A DNA stretch of 64,000 bases from an uncultured Bacteroidia bacterium. GTDB taxonomy: Bacteria > Bacteroidota > Bacteroidia > J057 > CALLMJ01. Of the stretch, positions 27,481 through 40,100 are shown one piece after another (the first letter of the stretch is position 1; every line of letters starts with the position of its first letter). The notes beneath the pieces are model-generated. The model had not been told where the DNA came from and ran no database searches. It worked only from the letters and a program-made list of their open reading frames with translations. The stretch is taken from positions 19,875-83,874 of the forward strand of contig CAZBPK010000131.1 in the NCBI GenBank assembly GCA_964493765.1. The letters run 5' to 3'. The position numbers and the translations under genes were made by a program.

Positions 27481-29856
27481 ATGCGAATCTGTTTTTCTGA
27501 ATTAGCTCATATCTTAAAAATTCCTTATCCCTACAATGAAAATCCTGAAATTGAAAAATTTTATATTGATACTCGAGAAATTTTTTATTCTCGAAATGCA
27601 GTTTTTATAGCGCTTAAAGGTTCAAGAGACGGTAACCAGTTTGTTTTAGATGCATATAAAAAGGGGATTCGCTATTTTATAATAACAAAAATTCAGGATA
27701 ACTTCCCAAATGATGCTTATTATTTACTGGTAGAAGATAGTTTAAATGCTTTACAAACCATTGCACATCATTATAGAAATCAATTTCAAATTTCTGCTAT
27801 AGGAATTACGGGTAGTAATGGAAAGACTATTGTAAAAGAATGGTTAAATATTTTTTTGAGTACTAAATGGAAAATATGTAAAAGTCCTAAAAGTTATAAT
27901 TCACAAATTGGAGTACCTCTTTCTGTTCTAGAACTTAATGAAAATCATCAATTAGGTATATTTGAAGCGGGTATTTCCCAACCTCATGAAATGGAAAACT
28001 TGGAATGGATTATACAACCTAATGAAGGAGTCCTTACTCACATGGGCGATGCCCATCAAGAACACTTTGATAGCTATGAACAAAAGCTTTTAGAAAAGTT
28101 CAAACTTTTTAAAAATTGTCATTCCATTTATGCAACTCTAAATGATGAACTCACTTTTAATCTTTTAATTCAAAAATTTCCTTTTGTTGTTACCATAAGC
28201 AAAAACTTGTGTACTACATATAACTATGATTATCATTATCCTATTTTGAAACTAAAAAAACAAGAGAAAATTTATGAATTTCAAGTAAATTTTTCTGACC
28301 CTTCCAACTTAGAAAATCTTGCTTTATGTTTAATGATTGGATTAGAAAAAAACATCTCTACTGATGTATTACAAAACCATATTCCTTTACTACCAACCTT
28401 ACCTATGCGTTTAGAATTAATATCTGATAATCAAGAATTTACTTTTATAATTGATACATGGTCATCAGATTTTGATTCATTACAACAAGCATTATATTTA
28501 GTCAATCAAACTCAAACTTTTTCTAAAAAAAAATTAGTATTAACCGATTTTGAAAATCTTAAAATTGATTCAGAACTTTTTCAGTACATTTTAAAAATCT
28601 TTTCAAAAAACAATTTATATTTAATTGGAAGAACTTTTTATCCTTTGAATAATGATTATAAAGTATTTGAAAACGTAGAAGCATTTATTCAAAATGTAGT
28701 TTGGGAAGAATTCGTAAATTCTGTGATATTACTTAAAGGATCAAGAACTTACGAATTAGAAAGAGTTTATCATTATTTAAACTTAAAAGCAAGTACAACC
28801 TATTTTAAAATTAATTTACAACAACTCAAAAAAAATTTAGGGATTTATAAGAGTTTACTTAAACCACAAACAAAAATGATGGTTATGTTAAAGGCTGATT
28901 CTTATGGAAGTGGATCTTGGGAAATTGCAAAAAGTTTAGAAAATTTAGTGGATTATATTGGAGTTGCCTACACCGTAGAAGGAGTTCAATTGAGAAAAAA
29001 AGGCATTAATACTCCAATTATGGTCATGAATCCCGATTTTAATAGTTTGCATTTATTAGAAAAATATAATTTAGAACCCGCTGTTGGCTCTTTTGAATTA
29101 TTAAACACTTTGACTCAATATTCACTTCATATACATTTAGAAATTGAAACAGGTATGAATCGTTTAGGATTTGCTTTTTGTGAGTTAGCTTTAGTGATTT
29201 CTTACCTTAAAAATGGTTCTTTAAAATTAAAATCTGTATTTACTCATCTCGCTTCGACAGATAATTCAGTTGATGATGATTTTACACATGAACAAATTCA
29301 AAAATTTATAGATGTTAAAAATTATTTTGTTAAACAAGGCTTTAACCCAATTTATCATTGCCTTAATACGTCTGGTATAGAAAGATTTACTGATTATCAA
29401 ATGGATATGGTTAGATTAGGTATTGGGCTTTATGGAATTTCAAGTAATTTAAAAGAATTACAAGAAATTGGTAAAATGTACAGTAAAATTACAAGAATTC
29501 ATGAAGTAAAAAAAGGTGAAAGTATTGGATATAACAAAAGTTATGTAGCTAAAGAAAATATGCTCGTAGCTACTATTCCTGTAGGTTATGCTGATGGATT
29601 AAGAAGAAATTTGAGTAATGGAAATTGGTTCTTTCAGGTTCAAAATTTATTGTGCCCAATCGTAGGGAAAATTTGTATGGACATGACCATGATTGACATA
29701 ACCAATGTTCCTCATGCAAAAGTAAATGATGAAGTTTTAATTTTTGGTGAATATCCTTTAACAATAAAAAACTTGGCAGAAAAGGTTAATACTATACCTT
29801 ATGAGTGCTTGGTAAGTATTCCTTCAAGAGTGAAAAGAATTTTTGTAGAAGAGTAA
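27481..29856 (+). CDS. murF: Bifunctional UDP-MurNAc-tripeptide:D-Ala-D-Ala ligase (MurF) / alanine racemase (Alr)
   Basis: The N-terminal ~430 aa carry the Mur ligase P-loop GITGSNGKT. The C-terminal ~360 aa carry the alanine racemase PLP-lysine region MVMLKADSYGSG and a C-terminal beta domain. Confidence 0.9.
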   Translation: MRICFSELAHILKIPYPYNENPEIEKFYIDTREIFYSRNAVFIALKGSRDGNQFVLDAYKKGIRYFIITKIQDNFPNDAYYLLVEDSLNALQTIAHHYRNQFQISAIGITGSNGKTIVKEWLNIFLSTKWKICKSPKSYNSQIGVPLSVLELNENHQLGIFEAGISQPHEMENLEWIIQPNEGVLTHMGDAHQEHFDSYEQKLLEKFKLFKNCHSIYATLNDELTFNLLIQKFPFVVTISKNLCTTYNYDYHYPILKLKKQEKIYEFQVNFSDPSNLENLALCLMIGLEKNISTDVLQNHIPLLPTLPMRLELISDNQEFTFIIDTWSSDFDSLQQALYLVNQTQTFSKKKLVLTDFENLKIDSELFQYILKIFSKNNLYLIGRTFYPLNNDYKVFENVEAFIQNVVWEEFVNSVILLKGSRTYELERVYHYLNLKASTTYFKINLQQLKKNLGIYKSLLKPQTKMMVMLKADSYGSGSWEIAKSLENLVDYIGVAYTVEGVQLRKKGINTPIMVMNPDFNSLHLLEKYNLEPAVGSFELLNTLTQYSLHIHLEIETGMNRLGFAFCELALVISYLKNGSLKLKSVFTHLASTDNSVDDDFTHEQIQKFIDVKNYFVKQGFNPIYHCLNTSGIERFTDYQMDMVRLGIGLYGISSNLKELQEIGKMYSKITRIHEVKKGESIGYNKSYVAKENMLVATIPVGYADGLRRNLSNGNWFFQVQNLLCPIVGKICMDMTMIDITNVPHAKVNDEVLIFGEYPLTIKNLAEKVNTIPYECLVSIPSRVKRIFVEE

Positions 29857-29906
29857 AATAAAATCTTTTCAACTGAAAATAATTCTCCAAGTAAAAAGTA
29901 TACTTT

Positions 29907-31007
29907 TTATTCTTTGAAAATTAATTTATATCCCAAATGATGGTTTTCGTTATGAATTTCTAAAATATATTGCCCTTCTTGTAATTCTGTAACATTAATA
30001 TGATTGGAATAAACCTTACCTAATTTTATAAGCTTGCCTTGAAGATTGTAAATTCTATAATCTAAATTTTGGAAATCTGATTGAATTGAAACAAAATCCT
30101 TGCAGGGATTGGGATAAACCTTGAAAAATGATGTTATAGTATGGGTAGTTCTAGTGGTAAAGGGTTGTCCAACATAAACCATTAAATAGGAATTATTAGA
30201 AATTTTTACTACAGAAGGATCACCACCTTGAATATTGGTGTAAATATAACCATTCCAATTTGTAAAATTAGAGGTAGAATTATACCATATCCCTGACCCA
30301 CCTCCATAAAATCTACATTCATTGGAATCTTCTAACATCAAATTTCCTGTCCATAAATAATTTGTTGGTGCAGTTATATTAGATTGTTGATTAAAATGAA
30401 TTCCGTCATTGGAAGTAAAATGGAAAGCGCCATTTTGAGTATTATTAGGAGCAGTATAATGCCAAATTCCTTTAAAATAAATTACTGCAGGGTCTATAAG
30501 GGCTTTATCAGGAAGGTCAGTTCTTGGGTTAGGCTCAAAATAATAGTTAATACCATCAATGGAAATCGCAGAATATGAATTAATAATTGAGTCTTGACCC
30601 GGAGGAGGCAACATTCTACTTGAACTGAAAAATAATCTCAAACTATCATTATTGATGACAACTAATGTTGGGTCAAATGGTCTTTGGTAACCACTTGGTA
30701 GCTGATGAACAATAATTGGGGTTGGGTCTGTCCATGAAGAACCATTATCGTAAGAAAATTTTACTGCAACTTTATCCCATGTAGGACTTGGGTTGGGGAG
30801 TCTAAACCATTGAAAAACACAAATTAATGTATCACCTTTCCATTTAATGATTGAAGGTACACCCGAAGAATCCTGAAAGATGCTAGGTGTGTTAAAATTA
30901 ATACCATCTGATGAGCTAGCAATCAACAAAGCATTATTCCATGGACCTTGTCCCTGAGCAATTAACAAATTGATATTTAGGATAAGAACAAATAACCAAG
31001 ATTTCAT
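29907..31007 (-). CDS. BNR/Asp-box repeat (sialidase-like beta-propeller) protein with T9SS type A C-terminal domain
   Basis: Signal peptide. Asp-box-like motifs SSSDGINF, SYDNGSSW and TSNDGIHF. C-terminal VYPNPCKDFVSIQ...GQYILEI...KLIFKE sorting domain. Confidence 0.65.
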   Translation of the reverse strand: MKSWLFVLILNINLLIAQGQGPWNNALLIASSSDGINFNTPSIFQDSSGVPSIIKWKGDTLICVFQWFRLPNPSPTWDKVAVKFSYDNGSSWTDPTPIIVHQLPSGYQRPFDPTLVVINNDSLRLFFSSSRMLPPPGQDSIINSYSAISIDGINYYFEPNPRTDLPDKALIDPAVIYFKGIWHYTAPNNTQNGAFHFTSNDGIHFNQQSNITAPTNYLWTGNLMLEDSNECRFYGGGSGIWYNSTSNFTNWNGYIYTNIQGGDPSVVKISNNSYLMVYVGQPFTTRTTHTITSFFKVYPNPCKDFVSIQSDFQNLDYRIYNLQGKLIKLGKVYSNHINVTELQEGQYILEIHNENHHLGYKLIFKE

Positions 31008-31027
31008 GATGTTTAATTTTCTGAAAA

Positions 31028-31035
31028 CAAATTTA
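31028..31035 (-). promoter_or_regulatory. -7 promoter box TAaaTTTG (minus strand)
   Basis: Plus-strand CAAATTTA, 21 nt upstream of ATG 31007. Confidence 0.45.
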
Positions 31036-31148
31036 ATCTATTTTTCCATTCAAGTTCAAATTTTTTCAATTGATTGAAAAATTTTTTTTATGCTATTGCT
31101 ATATTAAATAATTTTAATATTTTTACGACAAATTATTGTTGAATAAAT

Positions 31149-34100
31149 ATGTTGATAAAAATTCCGAATACACTCAACAAGAATTGGCTGCTAATAAATT
31201 TATTGGTATTTATTACAGCGGGTTCTCTGAATGCACAAGATCCTTGTGGTGCAGGAAGGATATGGTATGTAAAGCCTAATGGTTGCACGGGAGGACCGGG
31301 CTGTGGCTCTAGAACAAATCCCGCAGAGTTGGTTTGGGCAATTAACCAAGCCAGCATCTCAGCAACAAGCGGTTCTCCTCATGCCATTAGATTGGCAACA
31401 GGAAGTTACGTATACAATAACGTAATTGAACTGAAAAGTGATATTTATATTGAAGGGGGTTACTCTGAAGCTGACGATTGGAAAAAAACAAATAGTTCAG
31501 TAACAGATATTCGCAGAACTAATGCTAATGTAGAAACTGCTTTTCCGCCAAGACTCATTTTATTTAGGGGAGTGAATATCACGAATTTTAGGTTGCATGA
31601 TTTGTATATCCATGTGGATGATGCTCCTAACCTAGCATTCGTTAATGATGGTATTTCTGTTTATGGAATTTATCTTAATAGTTGCAATGACTATCATATT
31701 GTAAGATGTGAAATTACGACAGGAAGGGGTTCTGATGGGAAACCGGGTCCTAATGGTAATCAAGGAGGGAACGGGGGTTTTGGAGGTTTTGGAGGTAACG
31801 GAGGCGAATCGGGAGGGGTTTGCAGTGCTTTTGGAGGCGGTGGAACACCCGGTTCAGCGGGATTTGGAGGTGCGGGAGGAGCAGTTGGTACGGGAGGTGT
31901 AGCCTCTAATCCTAATCAAAGTGGTGGAAATGGAGGCGCAGGCGGAAACGGAGGCGCAGGCGGTCAAGGTTCTCCCACTAACTCAGCCAACTCAGGACAA
32001 AATGGAAATCCAGGAGGTGGCGGAGGAAATGGGGTTGCTGTAGGCGGTGGAGGGGGCGCAGGCGGAACCGGTTTCGGTGGTGGAACCCAAGGTTTCGTTA
32101 CCTCAGGACCTGCAACATGCTGTGACCCCGCTAGACCCAAAGGTGGAAATGGACAACCCGGTACTAATGGTACACCAGGCTTTAATGGAGCCGATGCTTC
32201 TACGTTTGGAATTATTTATTCTAGTGGATATTATGCCCCTAACTGGGGAAGAGGTGGTGGCGGTGGTGCTGGTGGTTCAGGAGGAGGTGGCGGCTCTGGT
32301 GGCGCCGGAAACAATTCAGCATGTCAAGGTTTTGCATGTTTTTCATGCTGCTGCTTAGGAGACAATGGGGGCGGCGGCGGCGGTGGCGGCGGCGGTGGTG
32401 CTGGAGGCGGCGCAGGTGCTGGTGGTTACGGTGGTGGTAGTTCTTTTGGTATATTTTTATGGAATAATGGCGTATCTTCAAGAATTATAGACTGCGGAAT
32501 TACCACAGGTGGAGCAGGTATAGGTGGAAATGGCGGTTTAGGTGCCAATGGGGGAACCGGTGGTGGAGGAAGAACAGGTGGAGGAGCAGTACAAAAAGGG
32601 GGACCCGGAGGAGATGGTGCTGGAGGTGCTAGTGGAGCCAAAGGAGGTAATGGCGGTAGAGGATTAGATGGCGTCTCTTGGGCTATCGCTAACCAAGGAG
32701 GAGGTACACTCCCTACTATCTCAGGATTTGGATGCACTGTTAACTCTGACCCTAACTGCGGAGCCGTTCCCAATAATCCCTACGTAATCAACGTAGAACT
32801 CCTTGAAGGTTGTACTTTCTCTGAAATTACAACCTCCAAATTATCAGGTCCAGGCTCTTCTTATAGCTTCCCTACTGGAAACGTACTAGCTACATCAGGA
32901 AATACCTCCGTAGTATATTATACCTCCACGGGAAGAAAAACGGTTACTGTAGTTGGTTCTGGTGCTAATCCTACCGTTTCTTATACACAATTTGTAGACA
33001 TTTTCACTGATAGATTATTACCCGGTATTGCCAGCCTAGATGCTAATTTAGGTATAGATACCAGCGCAGTATGTGCTTATGGAAGCTTAAATTTCCAACA
33101 TATAGAAGCCTTAGGAAGATTTAACGATGCCAATACTTTAGAATGGCTGTGGGATTTTCCCGGAGGAACTATGGCGAATGGCTCTCCTGTTCCTTTATCA
33201 GTTAGGCAATTAAAAGACCCCGGACAAATTTATTTCAGAACCCCCGGTACTTATACTATTTCGTTACGTGTAAAACATAACTGCTGTGGCTGGTCTAGCC
33301 CTATCACTAAAGTTATTAAAGTACAACCTATTCCACAAGTGTATATTACAGGACCTCGTTTAGTATGTATTGGTTCGCCTGCCACTTTTACGGCTAATGC
33401 CACTTTGCCCGTTTCCTTAGACCCTGACCCTGAGTTTCAGTGGAACATTAATGGTATCCCCATGACAGGATTTGTAGCCCAGTCCGCTAACGGGCATATT
33501 TTTACAACATCTTCCTTAAATAATAATGATGTCCTAGGCGTACAAATACGCTCTTCCAATCCTTTCTTGTGTACTAATCCTGGTCCTACGGTCATTATGC
33601 CGAACTTCCCTTTATCTGCGGATACCCATCAAGTAACCATTACAGACCCTTCCGTGGGGGGCTTTGCTTATATTGGAAATAATCCTATCGTCCAGCAAGC
33701 AGATGTATGTTTTGGTTCTACACAGATTGTAAACATTTTAGGGCAATCTCCAGCGCCTTTGGCTACTATACAATGGCAAATTTCTACAGATGGTATCAAC
33801 TATACGGATATTCCTGGGGGAATTTTGCCGACTTTAACCACTCTACCTATTACTAATGACCCTACTTATTTCCGAGCGAAAGTAACTAATGGGGGCTGTC
33901 CACCAGCGTTTTCTACACCTGCACAATTTAATTTATTGCCTGGTGCTATTGCAGGAACAGTTACTGTTGACCCTGCTACGGATACAATTTGTGCAGGAGC
34001 CACAGCTACTATGACCGTATCAGGCTATTCAGGAACTATTGAATGGCAATATACTACAGACCCTAACGTGCCCAGTTCTTGGATTACTACCGCTCAAACG

Positions 34101-37100
34101 AATGCCAATGCTTCTTTCTCTAATTTATTGGTTACCACATATTTCCGTGTAAAAGCTACTGCCCCCGGTACTTGTAACGTCGTCTATTCTAACATAGATA
34201 CCGTTTATGTAGTGCCACAACCTATTGCGGGAACAATTATCGCTTCGCAAAATCCTGTTTGTGCAGGACAAACTACCTTGCTCACTTTAACAGGTTACCA
34301 AGCCGATTCTATACAGTGGCAACAACTTGTAGGTAGTTCCTGGACCAACGTAGGAACCAATAATGATGTATATTTGACCAACGCTATTACCTCTAATGCT
34401 TTCTTTAGAGCCAAAGTATTTAACGCTAATTGTGGTCCTGTGACTACCCCCGTATTTACAGTAAATGTTTTACCCGGTTCTGTTGCCTCAGTTACTATTG
34501 CCGCTTCACAAACTACGTTCTGTCAAGGACAATCAATTACTTTTACGGCTACTGCAGTCAATGCTTCTTCTTCACCTAGTTACCAATGGTACGTGAATGG
34601 AATCCCCGTTGTAGCTAGTGGAAATACATATACTGCTAACAATTTACAAAATGGAGACCAAGTCCAAGTAGAAATGACTTTAACAGGAAGTTGTGGTTCA
34701 GGAACTTTCCCTTCTAATATTATTACGGTGAATGTCAATCCTGTACCTACGGTAAATATTACTTCTGCTACTTCGGGAGTATTATGCCAAGGAAGTTCTC
34801 TAACTTTTAATGCTACTCCTAATCCTGCTATTTCAACTGTGATTTGGTATGTAAACAATAATAATACAGGCGTAACAGGAAATACCTTTACTTCTTCTAG
34901 CTTAATGAACGGAGACGTAGTAAGTGCTTATGCAGTTTCTGCAGCCAATTGTACTTCTGCTGTATCCAATCTAATCAATGTAACCTTAAGCCCAACGCCT
35001 TCCATTGTAATATCTGCTTCTGCTACACAAATTTGCCAAGGTGAACAAGTTCTGTTTACTTCTACCCCTATCAATGCAGGTTTTTCGCCTACTTATCAAT
35101 GGCAAATCAATACTGGTTCAGGCTTTGTGAACATTCCAGGGGCAACAGGAGCAACTTATAGCTCTAATACTTTAACCAATGGAAATGTCATTCGTTGTAT
35201 TATTACCTCTGCTGATGGTTGCACAGGAACAGGCTCTATTTCTAATCCTATTGCGATTACCGTAGGAGATTACCCCACCATTACAATTACGGCAAGCCAA
35301 ACGACTATTTGCCAAGGGGATAACGTAACCTTTAGTGTTACTAACGTAACAAACGCAGGACCTAACCCCACTTATCAATGGAAAATCAATGGCGCTAACG
35401 TAGGCTCTAATAACCCCACTTTCACTACCAATCAATTGAATAATGGCGATGTGGTTTATTGTGTAATTACTTCTACACAAGGCTGTTCAGGACCGCAATC
35501 CGTTTCTAATTCTATTATCATGAATGTCAATCCTATTCCGAGTATATCCATTATAGCCTCAGCCAATCCCATCTGTCAAGGGCAGTCTGTAACTTTTGTG
35601 GCTACCGTAGCTAATGGCGGACCTAACCCCAGTTATCAATGGCAATTAAACGGCTCTAATGTAGGAGCCAATACTTCTTCTATCACACTCAATAACTTGA
35701 ACGATGGAGATATTATCACTTGCACGGTGGTCTCTACTGCAGGTTGTTCTGGACCCAATTCTACTTCTGCACCTATTGTTATGGACGTTCTTCCTTTACC
35801 TTCCGTGATTATATCTGCCAATACTACTACTATATGCCCTGGTGATGCAGTAACATTTGTAGCGAATCCCGCAAATGCAGGAGCCAATCCTACTTATTTA
35901 TGGGATATCAATGGCGTAACACAAGCCACAGGTTCGCCCGTATTTACTACTACTAATTTGAATAATGGAGACCAAGTTACTTGTACTATGATTTCTGATT
36001 TAGGTTGCCAAGGACCCGCTTCTAATATTATTACCATTACAGTAAATCCTATTCCTACGGTAACCGTGAGTGCTTCTTCCACTAGTATTTGCTCAGGGCA
36101 ATCGGTTACTTTTACGGCTACGGTAACTAATGGTGGTACTTCGCCTACTTATATATGGCGCTTAAATAACAATATCACAGGAACCAATTCTCCTTCATTC
36201 GTGAGTTCTAGTTTAAATAATGGAGACGTAATTACATGTCAAGTAATTTCTACCGATGGTTGTACAGGAACAGGTTCTACAAGTACGCCCATAGTGATTA
36301 CGGTAAATCCTACACCCACAGTAAGTTTAAATGCTGTTCCAGGAACAACAGTTTGTGCGGGACAAACCATCAATTTCATTGCAACAGGTAACCCTGCCGC
36401 AGGGGCAACTTATGAATGGACTATCAATGGCGTAGTACAAGCAGGACAAACAGGCTCTGCTTTCTCTACTAACGCTTTGAATAATGGAGACGTAGTCGGA
36501 GTAAGTATAATATCTTCAGCAGGTTGCACTAACGCTAATCCCGCAACTTTAAGCGTAACCATTTTACCTGAACCTACGGTTTCTATTTCTGCAAGTGCTA
36601 ACCCCATTTGCCAAGGACAATCGGTTACCTTCACAGCCATTCCTCAAAATGGTGGTATTACACCCGCCTATACGTGGAAAGTCAATGGTATTATTGTAGG
36701 AACCAATTCCCCTACTTATACTGCTTCTAATTTAAACAATGGCGATGTGGTTACTTGTACCATTACTTCGCAACAAGGTTGTTCGGGAAGCAATTCAGTT
36801 TCTAATGCTATTACAATGGTAGTCAATGGATTACCCACTGTAAGTATTGCGGGACCGAATAACATTTGTGCAGGGGCTACTGCTACTTATACCGCTACTC
36901 CTAATAATGCGGGACCGAATCCTAGTTATCAATGGTTTGTCAATGGAATTGCACAGCCCGGAAGCAACAACCCTGTATTTACTACCAATACGCTAACAAA
37001 CGGAAGCCAAGTTCAATGTGTAATTACAAGCACAGACGGTTGTTCAGGGGCAGGCTCGGCTTCAAATATTATTTTTGTGAATGTTAATTCTACTCCTACC

Positions 37101-40100
37101 GTAAACATAACGGCTTCAGCTACAACGGTATGTCCTGGAACCTCAGTAACCTTTACCGCAACCGCTTCTACCACTTCTACTTATCAATGGCAAATCAACG
37201 GAGTAGATGTTCCTAATGCTACAGGTAATACCTTTACAACCAATACTTTACAAAATGGAGATGTAGTTACTTGTGTGGTAACGAGTATCAATGGTTGTTC
37301 AGGACCACAGTCTTTATCTAATCCTATAGCCATTACAGTTCAAGGCTCTGCCACAGTAAGTATCAGTGCAACCGATACCACAATATGCGCTGGTCAAATG
37401 GTAGTATTTACCGCTACAGCGAACGGTGCTGGTCCTAATCCTAGTTTCCAATGGAAAATTAATAACCAAAATGTAGGCGTGAATAGCCCCATCTTCCAAT
37501 CTAATACTTTACAAGATGGAGATGTAGTAACCGTTCAGGTGACTTCTACGGGCGGCTGTTCAGGGGCTACTTCTTTTGCACCACCGATTATTATGTCTGT
37601 TACTCCAACCCCATCCGCTCAAATTTCTGCTTCCTCTACTACCATCTGTCAAGGAGATAATGTCACATTTACGGCTAATGTAATCAATGGCGGCTCTAAT
37701 CCTACTTATAGCTGGTTAGTGAACGGCATCCAACAAGGAACTTTGCCAGTATTTAGTACTAATACTTTGAATAATAACGATGTAGTAACATTAGTAGTAA
37801 GTGTCAATGGTTGTACATCAGCACCTTCTAATGCAATTGTAATGACCGTAAATCCTATTCCTACGGTTACGCTGTTAGCTTCTGCTACTACAATTTGCAC
37901 TACTTCTACGGTGAACTTTACGGCTGTTCCTAATAATGCAGGTAGTAATCCTAGTTATCAATGGTTTTTAAATGGTAATCCTATTGTTGGAGTAACAGGA
38001 AATACTTACAGCACGAATACATTAAATAATGGGGATTCGGTGAGTGTTCAAGTAACATCTAGTGCAGGTTGTACAGGCAGTGCATCAGCACAAGGCGTAG
38101 TAATTACAGTCAATCCTGGAGCCAATGGCAACTTTACCATTGCAAGCCCAGATACACAATGTGTCAATAATCAATCATTTAATTTTGTAGCACCACCGGC
38201 TTCACCACAAGCGACTTATTTCTGGACTTTCAGCCCTGATGGTAATCCTTTAGCCGCAAATACGGCTTCTGTAAACGGTGTTTCTTTTGGCTCGCCCGGC
38301 TTGAAAACTATCACCTTACAAATTACAGACCCTGCTATTTCTAATTGTACGACTACTGTAAGTAAACAAGTGATGGTTCTTCCTGCACCATTAGCAAGCT
38401 TTGTTCAACCTGCTGACCAATGTATCACGGGCAATAATTTTACTTTTATTAACAATGGAACTTCTGCACCCGGCGCAATCTACAACTGGAACTTTGGTCC
38501 TTTAGCTCAACCTTCTACTTCCTTAGACCCCAATCCTACTAATATAGTGTTCACTCAACCAGGCACTTATCCTGTAACCTTAACAGTAACTTATAATGGC
38601 TGTTCTGATGATACAACTATCAATGTAACGGTAGAACCCGTTCCTGTCATCAATTTGGGGCAAGATATCGGTATATGTGTTAATGACCCATTCCCTGTGT
38701 TAGATGCAGGTATAGCTAATGCAAGTTATGAATGGTTCTTAGATGGAATGCCTTTTGGGGGCAATACGCAAACGTTACAAACTACCCAAGCAGGTACGTA
38801 TTCTGTAAGAGTAACAACGCCTGCAGGCTGTGTGGCTACCGATGCAATTGTAATTTCTGTAACCAATGGCTTACAAGTCAATCTAGGTCCTGATGTATAT
38901 GTATGTAAAACTGACCCCCGACCTATCTTAGATGCAGGCATTCCTAATGCGTCTCAATATATCTGGTCATGGAACGGAAACGCTCTACCCCAAAATACAC
39001 AGTTTATTACTGCCGATAGTGCGGGAGTTTATACCGTAGAAGTAATTTCTGCGAGTGGTTGTACAGGTTCTGATGTAGTGATGGTTTACTTACTAGATAG
39101 CCTAAAAGTAGATTTAGGACCAGACCTAACTATTTGTGTAAGTGATCCTCGCCCTACCTTAGACGCAGGTACTATTCCCGGGGCTACTTATGTATGGACT
39201 CTGAACGGTGTGTTCTTATCCAATAGTCCAACCATTGTGGCTAATCAATCTGGTACCTACGTAGCAACTATCGTTAGTCCTTCAGGATGTGTAGGTAAAG
39301 ATGAAATTGTCATTGATATTGTTCCTACTTTAAATGTTAATTTAGGACCTGATATTTATTTCTGTCCTACTTCACCGATTGTATCTATTAATGCACCTGT
39401 TATCCCTGGAGCTAGTTATTCATGGACATTAAATGGTCAACCAATTCCTGTTAATGGCTCTAACTTATTGGATAGTAGAGTAGGATTATATGAAGTCAAA
39501 ATTGTAACTCCCGGTGGCTGTTTAGGTAGTGGTTCGGTAAGAGCCTACAGCATACCTGCGCCTTCAGCATTATTCACAACAAGTGAAGGAGGCTTCCCCA
39601 TCAGTGTATCTAGTTCTAACCCAAGAGTGGAATTTGTAAATCTATCTTCCAATTTTGATAGAGTGCTATGGAACTTTGGGGATAGTACTACTACAAGTTT
39701 AGATACAACTGTCAACCCTGTGCATTATTTCCCACCTTTCCCCGGAGAGTATTATGTTACTTTATACGTTTATAATGGTAACTGTGTAGATTCTATTCAA
39801 TTGGGTCCAATCAAAGTGAGTCCAGTAGAGGAAGCCTTTATTCCTAACGCATTTACTCCTAATAACGATAACATCAATGATGAGTTATATTTCCCTTACT
39901 TAGGTTATAAAACCTATACGCTTGAAATTTATAACCGTTGGGGTCAGTTAGTATTCACCAATGACGGAGACCCTAATCGTTACTGGAAAGGTTTTGACCG
40001 AGAAGGAAAACGATGTGCAGAAGGAGTTTACAGCTATGTTTTCAAAGGAATTAAAGATAACGGCGAAAATGTAGAAATTGTAGGTAGTATTACATTATTA

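Noticed and set aside
29893-29908. 16-nt perfect palindrome AAAAAGTATACTTTTT between murF-alr and the BNR gene
   Set aside because: It is AT-only, has essentially no loop and overlaps the stop codon of the minus-strand gene. It is too weak to call a terminator or operator with any confidence.
31720-32705. GC-rich island as a possible horizontally acquired insertion
   Set aside because: The GC excess is fully explained by in-frame glycine (GGN) and alanine codons in an uninterrupted ORF. There are no flanking repeats, tRNA or integrase.
32239-32773. Antisense 80-aa and 115-aa Pro/His/Arg-rich ORFs, plus the sense-strand alternative-frame ORFs at 31708-31902 and 32047-32358, in the Gly-rich block
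   Set aside because: These are shadow ORFs. GGN glycine codons read as CCN proline on the opposite strand and lack stops in other frames. They lie entirely within the 2985-aa CDS.
34480-38117. Regular ~260-bp periodic repeats as a possible CRISPR or other non-coding array
   Set aside because: The units are contiguous with no repeat/spacer alternation, diverged at the DNA level, and translate in frame into conserved protein modules. No cas genes are present.
34580-38941. A series of 61-102-aa minus-strand ORFs (34580-34858, 35172-35480, 35636-35887, 35894-36082, 36410-36640, 37314-37499, 37706-37900, 38726-38941)
   Set aside because: All are antisense to the continuous, strongly patterned adhesin reading frame. 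The relatively GC-rich, stop-poor repeat DNA explains them.
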